From contig CAZBBK010000024.1 in NCBI GenBank assembly GCA_964490075.1, forward strand, positions 1 to 64,000: 64,000 nucleotides of DNA, given 5' to 3'. Source of the stretch: an uncultured Gemmatimonadota bacterium. GTDB taxonomy: Bacteria; GCA-2686955. The translations under genes were made by a program, and so were the position numbers. Below the pieces are notes generated by a model, which searched no databases, had not been told where the DNA came from, and was given only the letters and a program-made list of their open reading frames with translations. Shown here piece by piece: positions 18,548-28,405 of the stretch (the first letter of the stretch is position 1; every line of letters starts with the position of its first letter).

Positions 18548-19708
18548 TCATTGGCTGTCGCTGCTCTGGGCGCCGCTTGGTCCGCCGCCGACCAGGCTCC
18601 GGAGCGCACGCCCTCCCGGCAAGCTCTTGCCGCTGAAGAGCCAGACGAAGACGCGCGCCACCGCCCGATCCAGCCACGCCGCCCGAACACCAGCGCGCAC
18701 TCTCGCCCCGCCTCGCAGCCGCCCCCCGGCGCGTTGCAGGTCGCGCACCAGCGCATAGTCGACGAAAAGCGGATCGGCGCGGAGCCGTCGCTGGTAGCTC
18801 CGCCCCGCTCCGTCCAGCAAGGCCTGCGCACAAATCCGCCCCGAACGCACGGCCGGGAGGATTCCCTCCGCGGTCAGCGGATGGGCCAGACCGAGAGCGT
18901 CTCCCACCAGAAAGGCACCCTGGTCGGCCAGGGCGGCCCTGCGGTTCGGGACGAAGAGATGGTAGGACCAGCCTCGCGCGCGATCCAGCTCGCGCCGCGC
19001 CTCGGCGGGCAGATGTTCACCGGCCTCGAAGTGCGCGAGGGCGCCGCGCCACGCCGCGCGCACCTCCTTCGCGCGCGCCCTGCCGCAGCCGACGTTCAGC
19101 CAATCGGTCTTGGGGACGGCCCAGGAGTAGCCGCCCAGATCGTCGTGCAAGAGCAGCTCCGGCTCGCCGTCCTCGCCCGACCGACAGGCGGCCAGTGCGA
19201 CCGGGTCGGTGCGCAGCTCCAGCTCCTGCGTTCCGGCCGGCGGATCGGCGCGGCGTGCGAAGAGCCCGCGCGCGACCGGACAGCTGGTGCCCCCGGCGCC
19301 GACCAGGAGCGGCGCCCGCCAGGCATCGTCGACGATCCAGTGTCCCGAGGAGTCGCGCTCGATGGCGCGCACGCGATGCCCCTGCACCACTTCCGCCCGG
19401 CAGCGGCGCAGCAGGAAGTGGTCGAGCTCGGCCCGGCGGATGAACCACCCGTGGGCGCCGAAGGTGTGGCGCCGGCCGCGGTAGTGGACATGGCAGCGCC
19501 GCCATTCCCAGAGCGCGCCCGGGTAGTCCGCGGGAGCCAGCTCGAGCGCGTCCCAGATCGGATCGCTGACCCATCCCGCGCAGAGCTTGACCCTCGGAAA
19601 GACCGCCGCGTCGATCACCGCGACGCGCCGGCCGGCACGCACCAGCGTTTCTGCACAGCTGCTGCCCGCCGGTCCGCCGCCGCCGACGATGACGTCATAC
19701 TCGATCAT
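18548..19708 (-). CDS. FAD-dependent oxidoreductase, geranylgeranyl reductase family
   Basis: VGGGGPAGS, FPRVKLCAG, GYSWAVPK, LVGDA.GLAHPLTAEGI. Confidence 0.85.
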   Translation of the reverse strand: MIEYDVIVGGGGPAGSSCAETLVRAGRRVAVIDAAVFPRVKLCAGWVSDPIWDALELAPADYPGALWEWRRCHVHYRGRRHTFGAHGWFIRRAELDHFLLRRCRAEVVQGHRVRAIERDSSGHWIVDDAWRAPLLVGAGGTSCPVARGLFARRADPPAGTQELELRTDPVALAACRSGEDGEPELLLHDDLGGYSWAVPKTDWLNVGCGRARAKEVRAAWRGALAHFEAGEHLPAEARRELDRARGWSYHLFVPNRRAALADQGAFLVGDALGLAHPLTAEGILPAVRSGRICAQALLDGAGRSYQRRLRADPLFVDYALVRDLQRAGGRLRGGARVRAGVRAAWLDRAVARVFVWLFSGKSLPGGRALRSLVGGGPSGAQSSDSQ

Positions 19709-19712
19709 GCGA

Positions 19713-20885
19713 TCAGAGTACGACCTCGGGCGTGGCCCGCTGCCGATGCTGCGCCAGAACGCGGTCGTAGACCGAGTGCATATCGCGGATCATCCGCTCG
19801 GGAGTGAAACGCGCATGCGCGTCGGCGCGGCCCCGCGCACCCATTTGCGCGCGCAGCTCGGCGTCGAGCAAGAGGCGCGAGATCCGGTCGGCCAAGCCCG
19901 AGGCGTTGCGCGGCTCGACCAGCCAGCCGGTCTCTCCGTCACGAACCGCCAGGGCGGTCCCCTCGACGCGGGTGGCCACCACCGGTCGCGATGCGAAGAG
20001 CGCCTCGAGCACGATCAGCGGCAACCCCTCGCCGTAGATGCTCGGCAGGCAGAGCAGATCCAGGGTGTGCAGCACGTCGGGCACGTCGTCCCGGTAGCCG
20101 ACGAAATGGACCCGGTCGGCGACTCCCACCTGCTGGGCGATTTCTTGCAGGCGGCGGACGTAGCCCGGCTCCGCCTCGCTGCCCACGATCAGGCAGTGGG
20201 CATCCGGCACCCGGTGAGTCACGATCTCGGCCGCGTGGATCAGGTCGTCGACGCCCTTGCGGGCGCGCAGCACGGCGATGCAGCCGAACACCGGAGCGCC
20301 TTGAGGGATGCCGAGCTCGGGCCGCAGGTCGCGGCGCGGCCCTTCATCGGTCATCGGATCGACCCCGTTGGGGATCACCGTGGAGGCGACCGCCGGATAG
20401 TCGCGCTCCAGCGAGGGCGCGACGAAGATGAAGTGGTCGGTCAGCTTCTCGGTGAGGCGATCGTAGCGCCAGTTGAACCAGTTCTTGAGATGGTTGGCGG
20501 TCTCGTCCAGCGTGCGGCTGTGGATGTGCGAGATGACCGGCACCCCGGCCCGGCGCGCCGCCAGCCGGCCGACGAAATTGGCGCGCACCGTGTGGGTGTG
20601 GACCAGGTCGATCTCTTGCTCGCGGATCAGGCGGGCCACGCGGCCCACCAGAGCGAGGTCGAAAGGACCGCGCGCGGTCAGACAGTGCAGATCGAGATCT
20701 CGCTGTTCCGCGCGCGGGCGGAATCCGCCCTCCTTGAGGGAGAGAAAGACCGGCTGGTAGTCGCCTCCGTCACGGCTGCGGGTCCCGTAGGTCAGCGCCC
20801 AGACCTCGACGCCGCCCACCAGGTCGCCGTTGAGCATGATCAGCACTTTACCGGCGCTGGATGACGCGGCGGAGTCGGTCGTCAC
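19713..20885 (-). CDS. Glycosyltransferase family 4 (GT-B)
   Basis: GGVE, IPNGVD, RKG, GYRDDV, PS..EGLPLIVLEA; GTGA overlap with the gmhA stop. Confidence 0.9.
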   Translation of the reverse strand: MTTDSAASSSAGKVLIMLNGDLVGGVEVWALTYGTRSRDGGDYQPVFLSLKEGGFRPRAEQRDLDLHCLTARGPFDLALVGRVARLIREQEIDLVHTHTVRANFVGRLAARRAGVPVISHIHSRTLDETANHLKNWFNWRYDRLTEKLTDHFIFVAPSLERDYPAVASTVIPNGVDPMTDEGPRRDLRPELGIPQGAPVFGCIAVLRARKGVDDLIHAAEIVTHRVPDAHCLIVGSEAEPGYVRRLQEIAQQVGVADRVHFVGYRDDVPDVLHTLDLLCLPSIYGEGLPLIVLEALFASRPVVATRVEGTALAVRDGETGWLVEPRNASGLADRISRLLLDAELRAQMGARGRADAHARFTPERMIRDMHSVYDRVLAQHRQRATPEVVL

Positions 20886-21487
20886 TGGGGAAAGAGCCGT
20901 TCTTCTACGAGTTGACAAAGGGCATGCCCGATGAAGATGTGGCATTCCTGAATGCGTGGGGTCGCCCGAGCCGGCACCCGAATCGAAAGATCGGCAACCC
21001 GCGCGCATTCCCGACCATCCGCGCCGGTGAGCGCGATCGCGAATGCGCCGCGCTCCCGGGCGCAGCGCAGTGCGTTCACGACATTGGGAGAAGATCCGCT
21101 GGTGGAGATTCCCAGCGCCACGTCCGCCGCCCGGCACACGCCCCGGAGCTGGCGCTCGAAGACCTGGTCGAAGCCGTAATCGTTGCCGATCGCGGTCAGG
21201 GCCGAGGGATTGGTGGTCAGGGCGGTGGCGGGCAGGGCCTCACGCTCCAAGAGGAAGCGGCCCGAGAGCTCGGCGGCGATGTGCTGCGCGTCGGCGGCGC
21301 TGCCGCCGTTGCCGAAGGTCCACAGGTGCGCTCCGGTGCCCAGCGCGGCGGCGATTCGATCGGCGGCAGCGGCGATCTCGTCGGCGGCGGAAGCGGCCAG
21401 CGCCTGCAGGGCCGCGCTGCACTCGGCGGCGTTGGCCTGCAGCAGATCGCGCACAGGTCGCGGATCGGTTCCTTTGCTCTCGGTCAT
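20882..21487 (-). CDS. gmhA: D-sedoheptulose-7-phosphate isomerase
   Basis: GNGGSAADAQH.AAEL, GNDYGF, GISTSGSSPNV, TPRIQECH. Confidence 0.95.
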   Translation of the reverse strand: MTESKGTDPRPVRDLLQANAAECSAALQALAASAADEIAAAADRIAAALGTGAHLWTFGNGGSAADAQHIAAELSGRFLLEREALPATALTTNPSALTAIGNDYGFDQVFERQLRGVCRAADVALGISTSGSSPNVVNALRCARERGAFAIALTGADGRECARVADLSIRVPARATPRIQECHIFIGHALCQLVEERLFPQ

Positions 21488-21599
21488 CCGGGCGCACTTT
21501 CCAGGCGGGTCGCAGGGGGGCTAAGAGTGCAACCGTAGCCTCGGGGGGGGCGAGTGTCAAAGTCGGTCCGAGGTCACCGAGGCTCCCGGCAAAGTCGCC

Positions 21600-21648
21600 G
21601 GGACCGGGCTTCAGGCCTTGGGCTTCAGGCTTCAGGTATCGGGCATCG
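21600..21648. repeat. Degenerate heptamer tandem repeat, (GGCTTCA-like) x7
   Basis: GGGACCG GGCTTCA GGCCTTG GGCTTCA GGCTTCA GGTATCG GGCATCG. Confidence 0.7.
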
Positions 21649-21877
21649 GCCACGAACTCCCCCGCGCGTGCGTCCGGAACCGAAGAGCAGGCGAGCTCGA
21701 GGCAACGAAGAGCCGTTTCGCGCTCGACTTGCGGGCGAAACGAACCGCGTCCCCCAATTCGGCGAAGCGTTCAAGTCGAAGCTCCCCGCACGACCGGCGC
21801 CAAGAACCCGGTGTCTGGAGGCCGACGCTGCTATTCTACGCGGCTCCCATCGAAGCTCACCAGGACGGAGACCAACC

Positions 21878-23143
21878 ATGGGATTCTTCGAGAAGTGGCG
21901 CGGCAAGCGCAAGAGCGCGGGTGACGCGCAACGGAGCGCGGCTCCGAGCGCATCGGCCGCCGGCGAAACGCCGCCGGTCAAGGCGGCGATCACCGAGGCG
22001 CTGCGACGCATTCAGGCGCCCGGACTGATGACCGACGTGATCGCCCTGGGACTGGTGACCGGGGTGCGGGTCCAGGGCGGTGACGCCACGATCACCCTCT
22101 CCCTCTCCAATCCCGACGAAGAGATCCGGCGCAAGCTGGGCGAGACGATCAAGGCCGCCGTCGCCGAGGTGCCCGGAGTCGACTCGGTCGGCATCATTTT
22201 GATGAACCCGCCGCCCCGCGAGCGCGCATCCGGCCCGGCCGGTGGACACCGGCCGATTGCCACCTCCGCCGCGGCCGCGCCGGGCGCCGCGCCCGGCAAG
22301 GCGGTGCCGGAGCAGGGCCCGAACCCCTTCGAATCGCAGGCGCCGATCCCCGGGATCGAACGCATCGTCGCGGTCGGCAGCGGCAAGGGGGGCGTCGGCA
22401 AATCGAGCGTCGCCCTGAACCTGGCCCTGGCCCTGCGCGCCCAGGGGCGGCGCGTCGGCCTGCTCGACGCCGATATCTACGGTCCCAGCCTGGCGATCAT
22501 GGCGGGGCATCGCCGCAAGCCGGTGGCCAGCGCCGAGAGCAAATTGGAGCCGGTCGAGAAGCTGGGACTGAAGATGATGTCGATGGGCTTTTTGATCGAC
22601 CCTGGCGAGGCGGTGGTGTGGCGCGGTCCGATGCTGATGGGCGCACTGCGGCAGTTCCTGCTCGACGTCAGCTGGGGCGAGCTCGACTACCTGGTGGTCG
22701 ACCTGCCGCCCGGAACCGGAGACGTGCAGCTCAGCCTGGCGCAGATCACGCAGGTGTGGGGGGCGCTGCTGGTGACCACCCCGCAGGAGGTGGCCTGCGC
22801 CGACATGCGGCGCTGCGCCGGCATGTTCGCGAAGGTGGAGATCGCCCTTGTCGGGGTGGTCGAGAACATGAGCGGCTTCGTCTGTGATGCGTGCGACGAG
22901 GCGACACCGATTTTCGGGGCGGGAGGAGGCGCGCGCGAGGCTCGCGCGCTCGGCGTGCCTCTGCTCGGCCAGATCCCGCTCGACCCGGCGATCTCGGCGC
23001 AGGGCGATGCCGGCGAGCCGATCGTGGCGGCGGCGCCCGAGGCTCCGGCGTCGCGGGCCTTCGCGGCGCTCGCCGAGGCGCTGCACGAAGCCCGCCCGGT
23101 GCGCCCGGGACAGTCGCGTCCGGCGGTCGCCGGCCCGGCCTAG
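21878..23143 (+). CDS. mrp: Mrp/NBP35 (ApbC) Fe-S cluster carrier ATPase with N-terminal DUF59-like domain
   Basis: SGKGGVGKS, DADIYGPS, WRGPM, DLPPGTGD, ENMS.F.C..C; GGAG RBS. Confidence 0.92.
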   Translation: MGFFEKWRGKRKSAGDAQRSAAPSASAAGETPPVKAAITEALRRIQAPGLMTDVIALGLVTGVRVQGGDATITLSLSNPDEEIRRKLGETIKAAVAEVPGVDSVGIILMNPPPRERASGPAGGHRPIATSAAAAPGAAPGKAVPEQGPNPFESQAPIPGIERIVAVGSGKGGVGKSSVALNLALALRAQGRRVGLLDADIYGPSLAIMAGHRRKPVASAESKLEPVEKLGLKMMSMGFLIDPGEAVVWRGPMLMGALRQFLLDVSWGELDYLVVDLPPGTGDVQLSLAQITQVWGALLVTTPQEVACADMRRCAGMFAKVEIALVGVVENMSGFVCDACDEATPIFGAGGGAREARALGVPLLGQIPLDPAISAQGDAGEPIVAAAPEAPASRAFAALAEALHEARPVRPGQSRPAVAGPA

Positions 23144-23155
23144 GGAGCCCGACCG

Positions 23156-24109
23156 ATGTTCAGACGCCGCCGGATGCGGGCCGATTCGGCCCCCGGAGCC
23201 CGGGAACGGCTGCGCAGCGCCCTGGCGCGCAGCCGGGCGCGCCTGGCGGGGCGGATCGGCGACACACTGCGCTCCGGGCGCGCCGGCGCCGATCTGCTGG
23301 AGGAGCTGGAGCAGATCCTCTACGAGGCCGATCTTGGAGTGCGCGCCTGCGAACAGGTGATCGAGGGGCTGGGCGAGCGCCTTCGCCGGCAGCAGCTGAG
23401 CAGCGCCGAGCAAGTGACCCGGGCGTTGCGCGAAGAGCTGCTCGAGATCCTCGGCCAACGCCCGCCCAGCGTCGCCCCCGCCGGGTCGGCCCGGCCGCGG
23501 GTGATCCTGGTGCTCGGCGTCAACGGCTCCGGCAAGACCACCACCATCGGCAAGCTCGCCCATCGCTTTCGCGGCGAGGGGAAGAAGGTGTTGATCGCGG
23601 CGGCCGACACCTTCCGCGCGGCGGCGATCGATCAGCTCGCGGTGTGGGCCGAGCGGGCCGGCGCGGAGCTGATCCACCAGGCTCCGGGCACCGATCCCGC
23701 CGCGGTGACCTTCGATGCCCTGGCGGCGGCGCGTGCTCGCGCGGCCGACATCCTGCTGGTCGACACCGCCGGACGCCTGCACACCAAGCTCAACCTGATG
23801 GAAGAGCTGAAGAAGCTGCGCCGCGTTCTGCGACGTGCCGACCCGAGCATGCCGCACGAGTCGCTGCTGGTCCTGGACGGGGTCAGCGGCCAGAACGGCC
23901 TGGTGCAGGCGCGCCAGTTTCACGACGCGATTGGATTGAGCGGCGTCGTGCTCACCAAGATCGACGGCACCGCCAAGGGCGGCGTGGTGCTGGCGGTGGC
24001 GGCCGAGCTCGGCATTGCGGTGCGCCTGGTCGGTGTGGGAGAGGGGATCGACGACTTGCAGGATTTCGATCCGGAGCTTTTCGTCGACGAGATCCTGCGT
24101 GCGCCCTGA
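23156..24109 (+). CDS. ftsY: Signal recognition particle-docking protein (NG domain only)
   Basis: GVNGSGKTTTIGKLA, DTFRAAA, DTAGRLH, TKIDGTAKGG. Confidence 0.97.
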   Translation: MFRRRRMRADSAPGARERLRSALARSRARLAGRIGDTLRSGRAGADLLEELEQILYEADLGVRACEQVIEGLGERLRRQQLSSAEQVTRALREELLEILGQRPPSVAPAGSARPRVILVLGVNGSGKTTTIGKLAHRFRGEGKKVLIAAADTFRAAAIDQLAVWAERAGAELIHQAPGTDPAAVTFDALAAARARAADILLVDTAGRLHTKLNLMEELKKLRRVLRRADPSMPHESLLVLDGVSGQNGLVQARQFHDAIGLSGVVLTKIDGTAKGGVVLAVAAELGIAVRLVGVGEGIDDLQDFDPELFVDEILRAP

Positions 24110-24123
24110 CGCGTCAGGCGCTC

Positions 24124-26025
24124 CTATCCGACCGACCAGCCCGGGCCGACCGAGCCATCGACCGCCACCAGCGTGAGCCGCTTGCCCTTCTTCGCCGCCA
24201 ATAACATGCCCTGAGAGCGCACCCCGCGAATGGTCGCCGGCTCCAGGTTCGCGACCACCACGATCATTCGGCCGACCAGATCCTCCGGAGCGTAGTGCTC
24301 GGCGATGCCGGCAACGATCTCGCGGCGCTCGCTGCCCAGGTCTATCTCCAGGCGCAGCAGGCGATCGGCCCCCGCCACCCGGCTGGCGGCCAGCACCTCG
24401 GCGGTGGTCAGACCAAGCTTGCCCACCTCTTCGAAGGCGCACAGGGCCACCTCTGGTGCCGGCGCCGGATCGTCGCGCTTCTCCTTCACGGCCGGGGCCT
24501 TCTTGATGCGCGGGAAGAGCGCCGGCAAGGGGCCGATCGGAGTGCCGGGGACCAGCACGCCCCAACGCGCCAGGTCGTCGCGGTGCGGCTCGATCCGAGC
24601 CTCGGCGAGCCCGAGAGCGCCACGCAGCGCCGCCATTCGCTCCGGGATCACGGGGTAGAGCAGCCCCGAGATGATGCGCAGGCACTCCGCGGCCGTGTAG
24701 AGGACCCGCCCCAATGCCTCCAGCTCGCCCTTCTTGGCCAGGCTCCAGGGCGCCGCACGGTCGAAGTAGCGGTTGGTCTCGCGCACCGTCTCCAGGACCC
24801 GGGCGATGCCGCGGTCCAGGGCCATGGCCCGGACCTGGTCGAGCATCTCGCGAACCGCCGCCAGGGCGTGGTCGCGCAGCGCCTCCTCGGCGGCGCCCGC
24901 AGTGCCCGGGCTCGGCAGCCGCGAAGCGAAGCTGCGCTCCACCATCTTCACCACCCGGCTGACCAGGTTGCCCAGGTCGTTGGCCAGATCGGCGTTGTAG
25001 CGCTGCACGAACTTGGCCTCGGTGAAGGAAGCGTCGTTGCCCAGGCTCATGTCGGCCAGCACGTGGTAGCGCAGTGCGTCGACCCCGTAGCGATCGACCA
25101 TCTCCATCGGGTCGACCACGTTGCCCACCGACTTGCTCATCTTGGCCTCGTCCATCAACCACCAGCCGTGGGCGAAGATGGTGTCTGGCTGGGGCAGACC
25201 GATGGCGGCCAGCATGGTCGGCCAGTAGATCGAATGGGTGGTGAGGATGTCCTTGCCGATCAGGTGGAAGCTGGCGGGCCAATGGCGCTCGAAGGCTTGC
25301 GGGTCGGATCCGTAACCGATCGCGCTGATGTAGTTGACCAGCGCGTCGAACCAGACATAGCAGACATAGTTTTCGTCGAAGGGCAGCTCGATGCCCCATG
25401 GCAGCCGGCTCTTGGGTCGCGAGATACACAGATCGCGGAGCGGCTTCTTGAGCGCGCCCAGCGTTTCGTTGCGGCGGAACGCGGGCTGAATGAAGCGGGG
25501 ATGGTCGTGGATGTAGTCGATCAGCCACTCTTGGTAGTTGCTCATGCGGAAGAAGTAGTTTTCTTCGACCACCTTCTCGACCGGATTGCCCTCGGGACTG
25601 AGCCCCTCGACCAGGTCTTTCTCGGTGTAGAAGCGCTCTTCTCGGACCGCGTACCAGCCGGCGTACTCCCCCTTGTATATCTCGCCCTTGTCCCAGAGAT
25701 CGGTGAGGATCTGCCGTACCACCGTGCGGTGTCGCTGCTCGGTGGTGCGGATAAAATCGTCGTTGGAGATCTCCAGCCGTCGCCACAGATCGCGGAAGCG
25801 CACATGCGTGTCGTCGGCATGGCGTTGCGGAGAGATGCCGGCGGCGGTCGCCGCTTCGTACACTTTTTGGCCGTGCTCGTCGGTGCCGGTGAGAAAAAAC
25901 GTCGGCACATCCATCAGGCGGTTGAAGCGGGCCAGCACGTCGGCGACCAGGGTGGTGTAAGCGTGGCCGATATGCGGCTTGTCGTTCACATAGTAGATCG
26001 GGGTGGTGATGTAGAAATGACTCAT
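24124..26025 (-). CDS. metG: Methionine--tRNA ligase with C-terminal tRNA-binding domain
   Basis: YITTPIYYVN, HIGH, GTDEHG, YVWFDAL, KMSKS, C-terminal NLEPATIRGVRSQGM. Confidence 0.98.
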   Translation of the reverse strand: MSHFYITTPIYYVNDKPHIGHAYTTLVADVLARFNRLMDVPTFFLTGTDEHGQKVYEAATAAGISPQRHADDTHVRFRDLWRRLEISNDDFIRTTEQRHRTVVRQILTDLWDKGEIYKGEYAGWYAVREERFYTEKDLVEGLSPEGNPVEKVVEENYFFRMSNYQEWLIDYIHDHPRFIQPAFRRNETLGALKKPLRDLCISRPKSRLPWGIELPFDENYVCYVWFDALVNYISAIGYGSDPQAFERHWPASFHLIGKDILTTHSIYWPTMLAAIGLPQPDTIFAHGWWLMDEAKMSKSVGNVVDPMEMVDRYGVDALRYHVLADMSLGNDASFTEAKFVQRYNADLANDLGNLVSRVVKMVERSFASRLPSPGTAGAAEEALRDHALAAVREMLDQVRAMALDRGIARVLETVRETNRYFDRAAPWSLAKKGELEALGRVLYTAAECLRIISGLLYPVIPERMAALRGALGLAEARIEPHRDDLARWGVLVPGTPIGPLPALFPRIKKAPAVKEKRDDPAPAPEVALCAFEEVGKLGLTTAEVLAASRVAGADRLLRLEIDLGSERREIVAGIAEHYAPEDLVGRMIVVVANLEPATIRGVRSQGMLLAAKKGKRLTLVAVDGSVGPGWSVG

Positions 26026-26037
26026 GGCTGGCTCTCT

Positions 26038-27687
26038 TCAGGGAATCACCCGGCGCAGATCCTCGACCTCCGCCCAGGGCTCCAATCGGTGCCCGGCGGC
26101 GACGATCCGCTCGGCCAGTGTAGACGAGGGGTACTGACTCGAGGCCAGGAAGATCTCGCGTCCCGCCGCGATCTCGGCGAGCAGGCGGCGGGCGAGGGCG
26201 TCGCGTTCGGCCGCGCTGCCGCCCCAGCGCTGAAACCAGCGCACCACCTCGACATCCGGGCGCACGCCCTCCACACCCTGGAAGTAGTCCGCCATGATGG
26301 CGTAGCCGTGGTACCAATCGTCCACCACCAGGGCGCCGGCGGGCAGCGCATGCAAGGCGCGGCGGTAGTGCTCGGCGGCTCGCACGGCACTCTTGTCGGG
26401 ATTGGTGTAGTAGGCCAGATCGTCGCGCGTGGGAATCCGCGGCAGGATGATCGGGTAGTCGGCCGACGCGCGGGCTTCGATCTCGGCGAAGAGCCGCGCC
26501 TCGCCTCCCATGAAGCGTCGCACGAAGTCATCGGCCAGCCGGTAGTGCACGATCTTGCCGCAGACCGGCAGGGCCATGAAGGAGAGGCAGGCGAGGCGCC
26601 GCCACGGGGGCCAGCGGCGGGTGGCGGTCGAGAGGGCCGCCAGGCCCTCCCCCAGAAAGAGCGCCAGGATGGCGAAGCTGGGCAGGTAGAAGTAGATCCG
26701 GTCGGGCACGTCGTAGGCCAGCACCGCCAGCAGGTTCAAGCCCGCGATGCCGGTCAGCAGCCGGACGCGGCGCGGATCGCGGCGCGCCACGTGGCGCCAG
26801 CCGCCGATCCAGGCGGCGGTGTGAAAGGGATAGAATTGGTAGCCGGTGATGACCACCAGGAAGGCCACGACCCGGGCGTAACCGCGCACGCCGATCGGGG
26901 CGAAGAAGGAGCTCTGGAACTCCCCGCCACCGGCCGCTCGGGCGGTAGCGGTCCAGCCTTCGCTCAGGGCGTGGGCGGCGAAGAGCGCCGCGTAGGGGAG
27001 CAGCCCGGCCGCGAAGCAGGCCGCGACGCGCAGCAGCGTGCGGCGCCGCTCGCCGGCGGGGACCGCGCCGGCGGCGAAGAGCAGCAGGGGGGGCAGGACG
27101 AGCAACGCCGCCTGGTGGTTCAGCGTCGCCAGGCCGATCACGAAGGCGGCCCGGCCCGGCGCCGGGGAGCGCCCGGCGGGGCGGCCGACGAGGAAGAGCA
27201 ACGCCGCGAATAGCAACGCCACTTCCAGCGTGTAGACCTCGGTCTCGGTCGCCAGCCACCACAGGTCGTAGGAGGTGGCGAAGGCCAGCGCTCCGACCAC
27301 GGCACCGTAGCGCGAGCCGCTGGCGCGCAGAATCAGCAGGCAGGAGAGCGCCACCGCCGTCGCGCCGAAGCAGGCACAGGCCAGGTTGACGCGCAGGGCG
27401 AGGCTGCCGACCGGCAGCCAGGAGAAGGGCTTGGCCGCGAGCACGAAGAGCGGATGCTCGATCGACGCCACGCCGAGGTGAAAGTGGTGCACGAAGGCGG
27501 TGTAGCGTGGAGCGTCGATGAAGCCGACGGTCGGCAGCAGCGAGGCCGCGTAGAGGGCCAGCGCACAGGCGCCGACCGCGAGCGCCAGGAGCCACTCGCG
27601 GGCCACGGAGGCGGGCGGGGCCTCGCGGTGGCCCGGGGGGCGCAGAGCGGCGGCCGAGAGGTCTGAGGAAGAGGATGAGGCAGGCAA
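26038..27687 (-). CDS. DUF2723 / TMEM260-like GT-C fold membrane glycosyltransferase
   Basis: LPTV...D, HPLFVL, LRVNL, W..ATETEVYTL, multiple transmembrane helices; start uncertain. Confidence 0.7.
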   Translation of the reverse strand: MPASSSSSDLSAAALRPPGHREAPPASVAREWLLALAVGACALALYAASLLPTVGFIDAPRYTAFVHHFHLGVASIEHPLFVLAAKPFSWLPVGSLALRVNLACACFGATAVALSCLLILRASGSRYGAVVGALAFATSYDLWWLATETEVYTLEVALLFAALLFLVGRPAGRSPAPGRAAFVIGLATLNHQAALLVLPPLLLFAAGAVPAGERRRTLLRVAACFAAGLLPYAALFAAHALSEGWTATARAAGGGEFQSSFFAPIGVRGYARVVAFLVVITGYQFYPFHTAAWIGGWRHVARRDPRRVRLLTGIAGLNLLAVLAYDVPDRIYFYLPSFAILALFLGEGLAALSTATRRWPPWRRLACLSFMALPVCGKIVHYRLADDFVRRFMGGEARLFAEIEARASADYPIILPRIPTRDDLAYYTNPDKSAVRAAEHYRRALHALPAGALVVDDWYHGYAIMADYFQGVEGVRPDVEVVRWFQRWGGSAAERDALARRLLAEIAAGREIFLASSQYPSSTLAERIVAAGHRLEPWAEVEDLRRVIP

Positions 27688-27786
27688 GGGCGGTCCCGGC
27701 CAGGAGTGAGGAGGCGCGGATGATAGCAGCCGGGCAGGGGCCGAGCCTGTGAGCTAGAGTCGTGCGCGAAAGGAGCCCGTCCCGCC

Positions 27787-28329
27787 ATGAGCTGGATTCA
27801 GACCCACAGCGGCCTCGCTTTCGACCTGGCCCATCCCTCTCCCGAGATGGTCCGGATCGAAGACATTGCCCACGCCCTCGCCCATCTCTGCCGCTTCACC
27901 GGACACGCCCGGGTGTTCTACAGCGTGGCGCAGCACTCGATTCTGGTCTCGGAGCGTTGCGCGGACGAGGACGCTCTCTGGGGGCTCCTGCACGATGGCA
28001 GCGAGGCCTACATCGGCGATCTGGCCAAGCCGCTCAAGGGGTTGGGGGAGATGACCGGCTACCGCGAGCTCGAGCGGCGTGTCGGTGCCGCCGTCTCGGC
28101 CCACTTCGGCCTCGCCTCCGCCATGCCCGAGAGCGTGCGGAAGGCCGATCTGGGCATGCTCGCGACCGAGGCGCAGCAGCTGCTGGGCACCCCGCCGCGC
28201 TCCTGGGAGCTCGGAGTCGAGCCCTATCCCGATCTGGGAATCGAGCCGCTCCCGCCGGCGCGCGCGAAGCAGGCCTTCCTCGAGCGCTACGCAGGGCTGC
28301 GCGGAGCTCCGCCGCCCCCGCCACGATAG
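27787..28329 (+). CDS. HD-domain phosphohydrolase (YfdR/YfbR-like deoxynucleotidase)
   Basis: DIAHAL...CRFTGH, YSVAQHS, LLHDGSEAYIGD..KPLK, ADL..LATE; AAGGAG RBS. Confidence 0.9.
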   Translation: MSWIQTHSGLAFDLAHPSPEMVRIEDIAHALAHLCRFTGHARVFYSVAQHSILVSERCADEDALWGLLHDGSEAYIGDLAKPLKGLGEMTGYRELERRVGAAVSAHFGLASAMPESVRKADLGMLATEAQQLLGTPPRSWELGVEPYPDLGIEPLPPARAKQAFLERYAGLRGAPPPPPR

Positions 28330-28405
28330 GCGCCCCACCCCTTGCGCTACACTCGCGCGGCGCCGATCGCGCCGGGCGCCCGCGCCTTCATTCGACTGGA
28401 CCCGA

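Noticed and set aside
21857-27213. 1486-aa (-) and 972-aa (+) ORFs
   Set aside because: Alternative or antisense frames of mrp, ftsY and metG with no recognisable motifs
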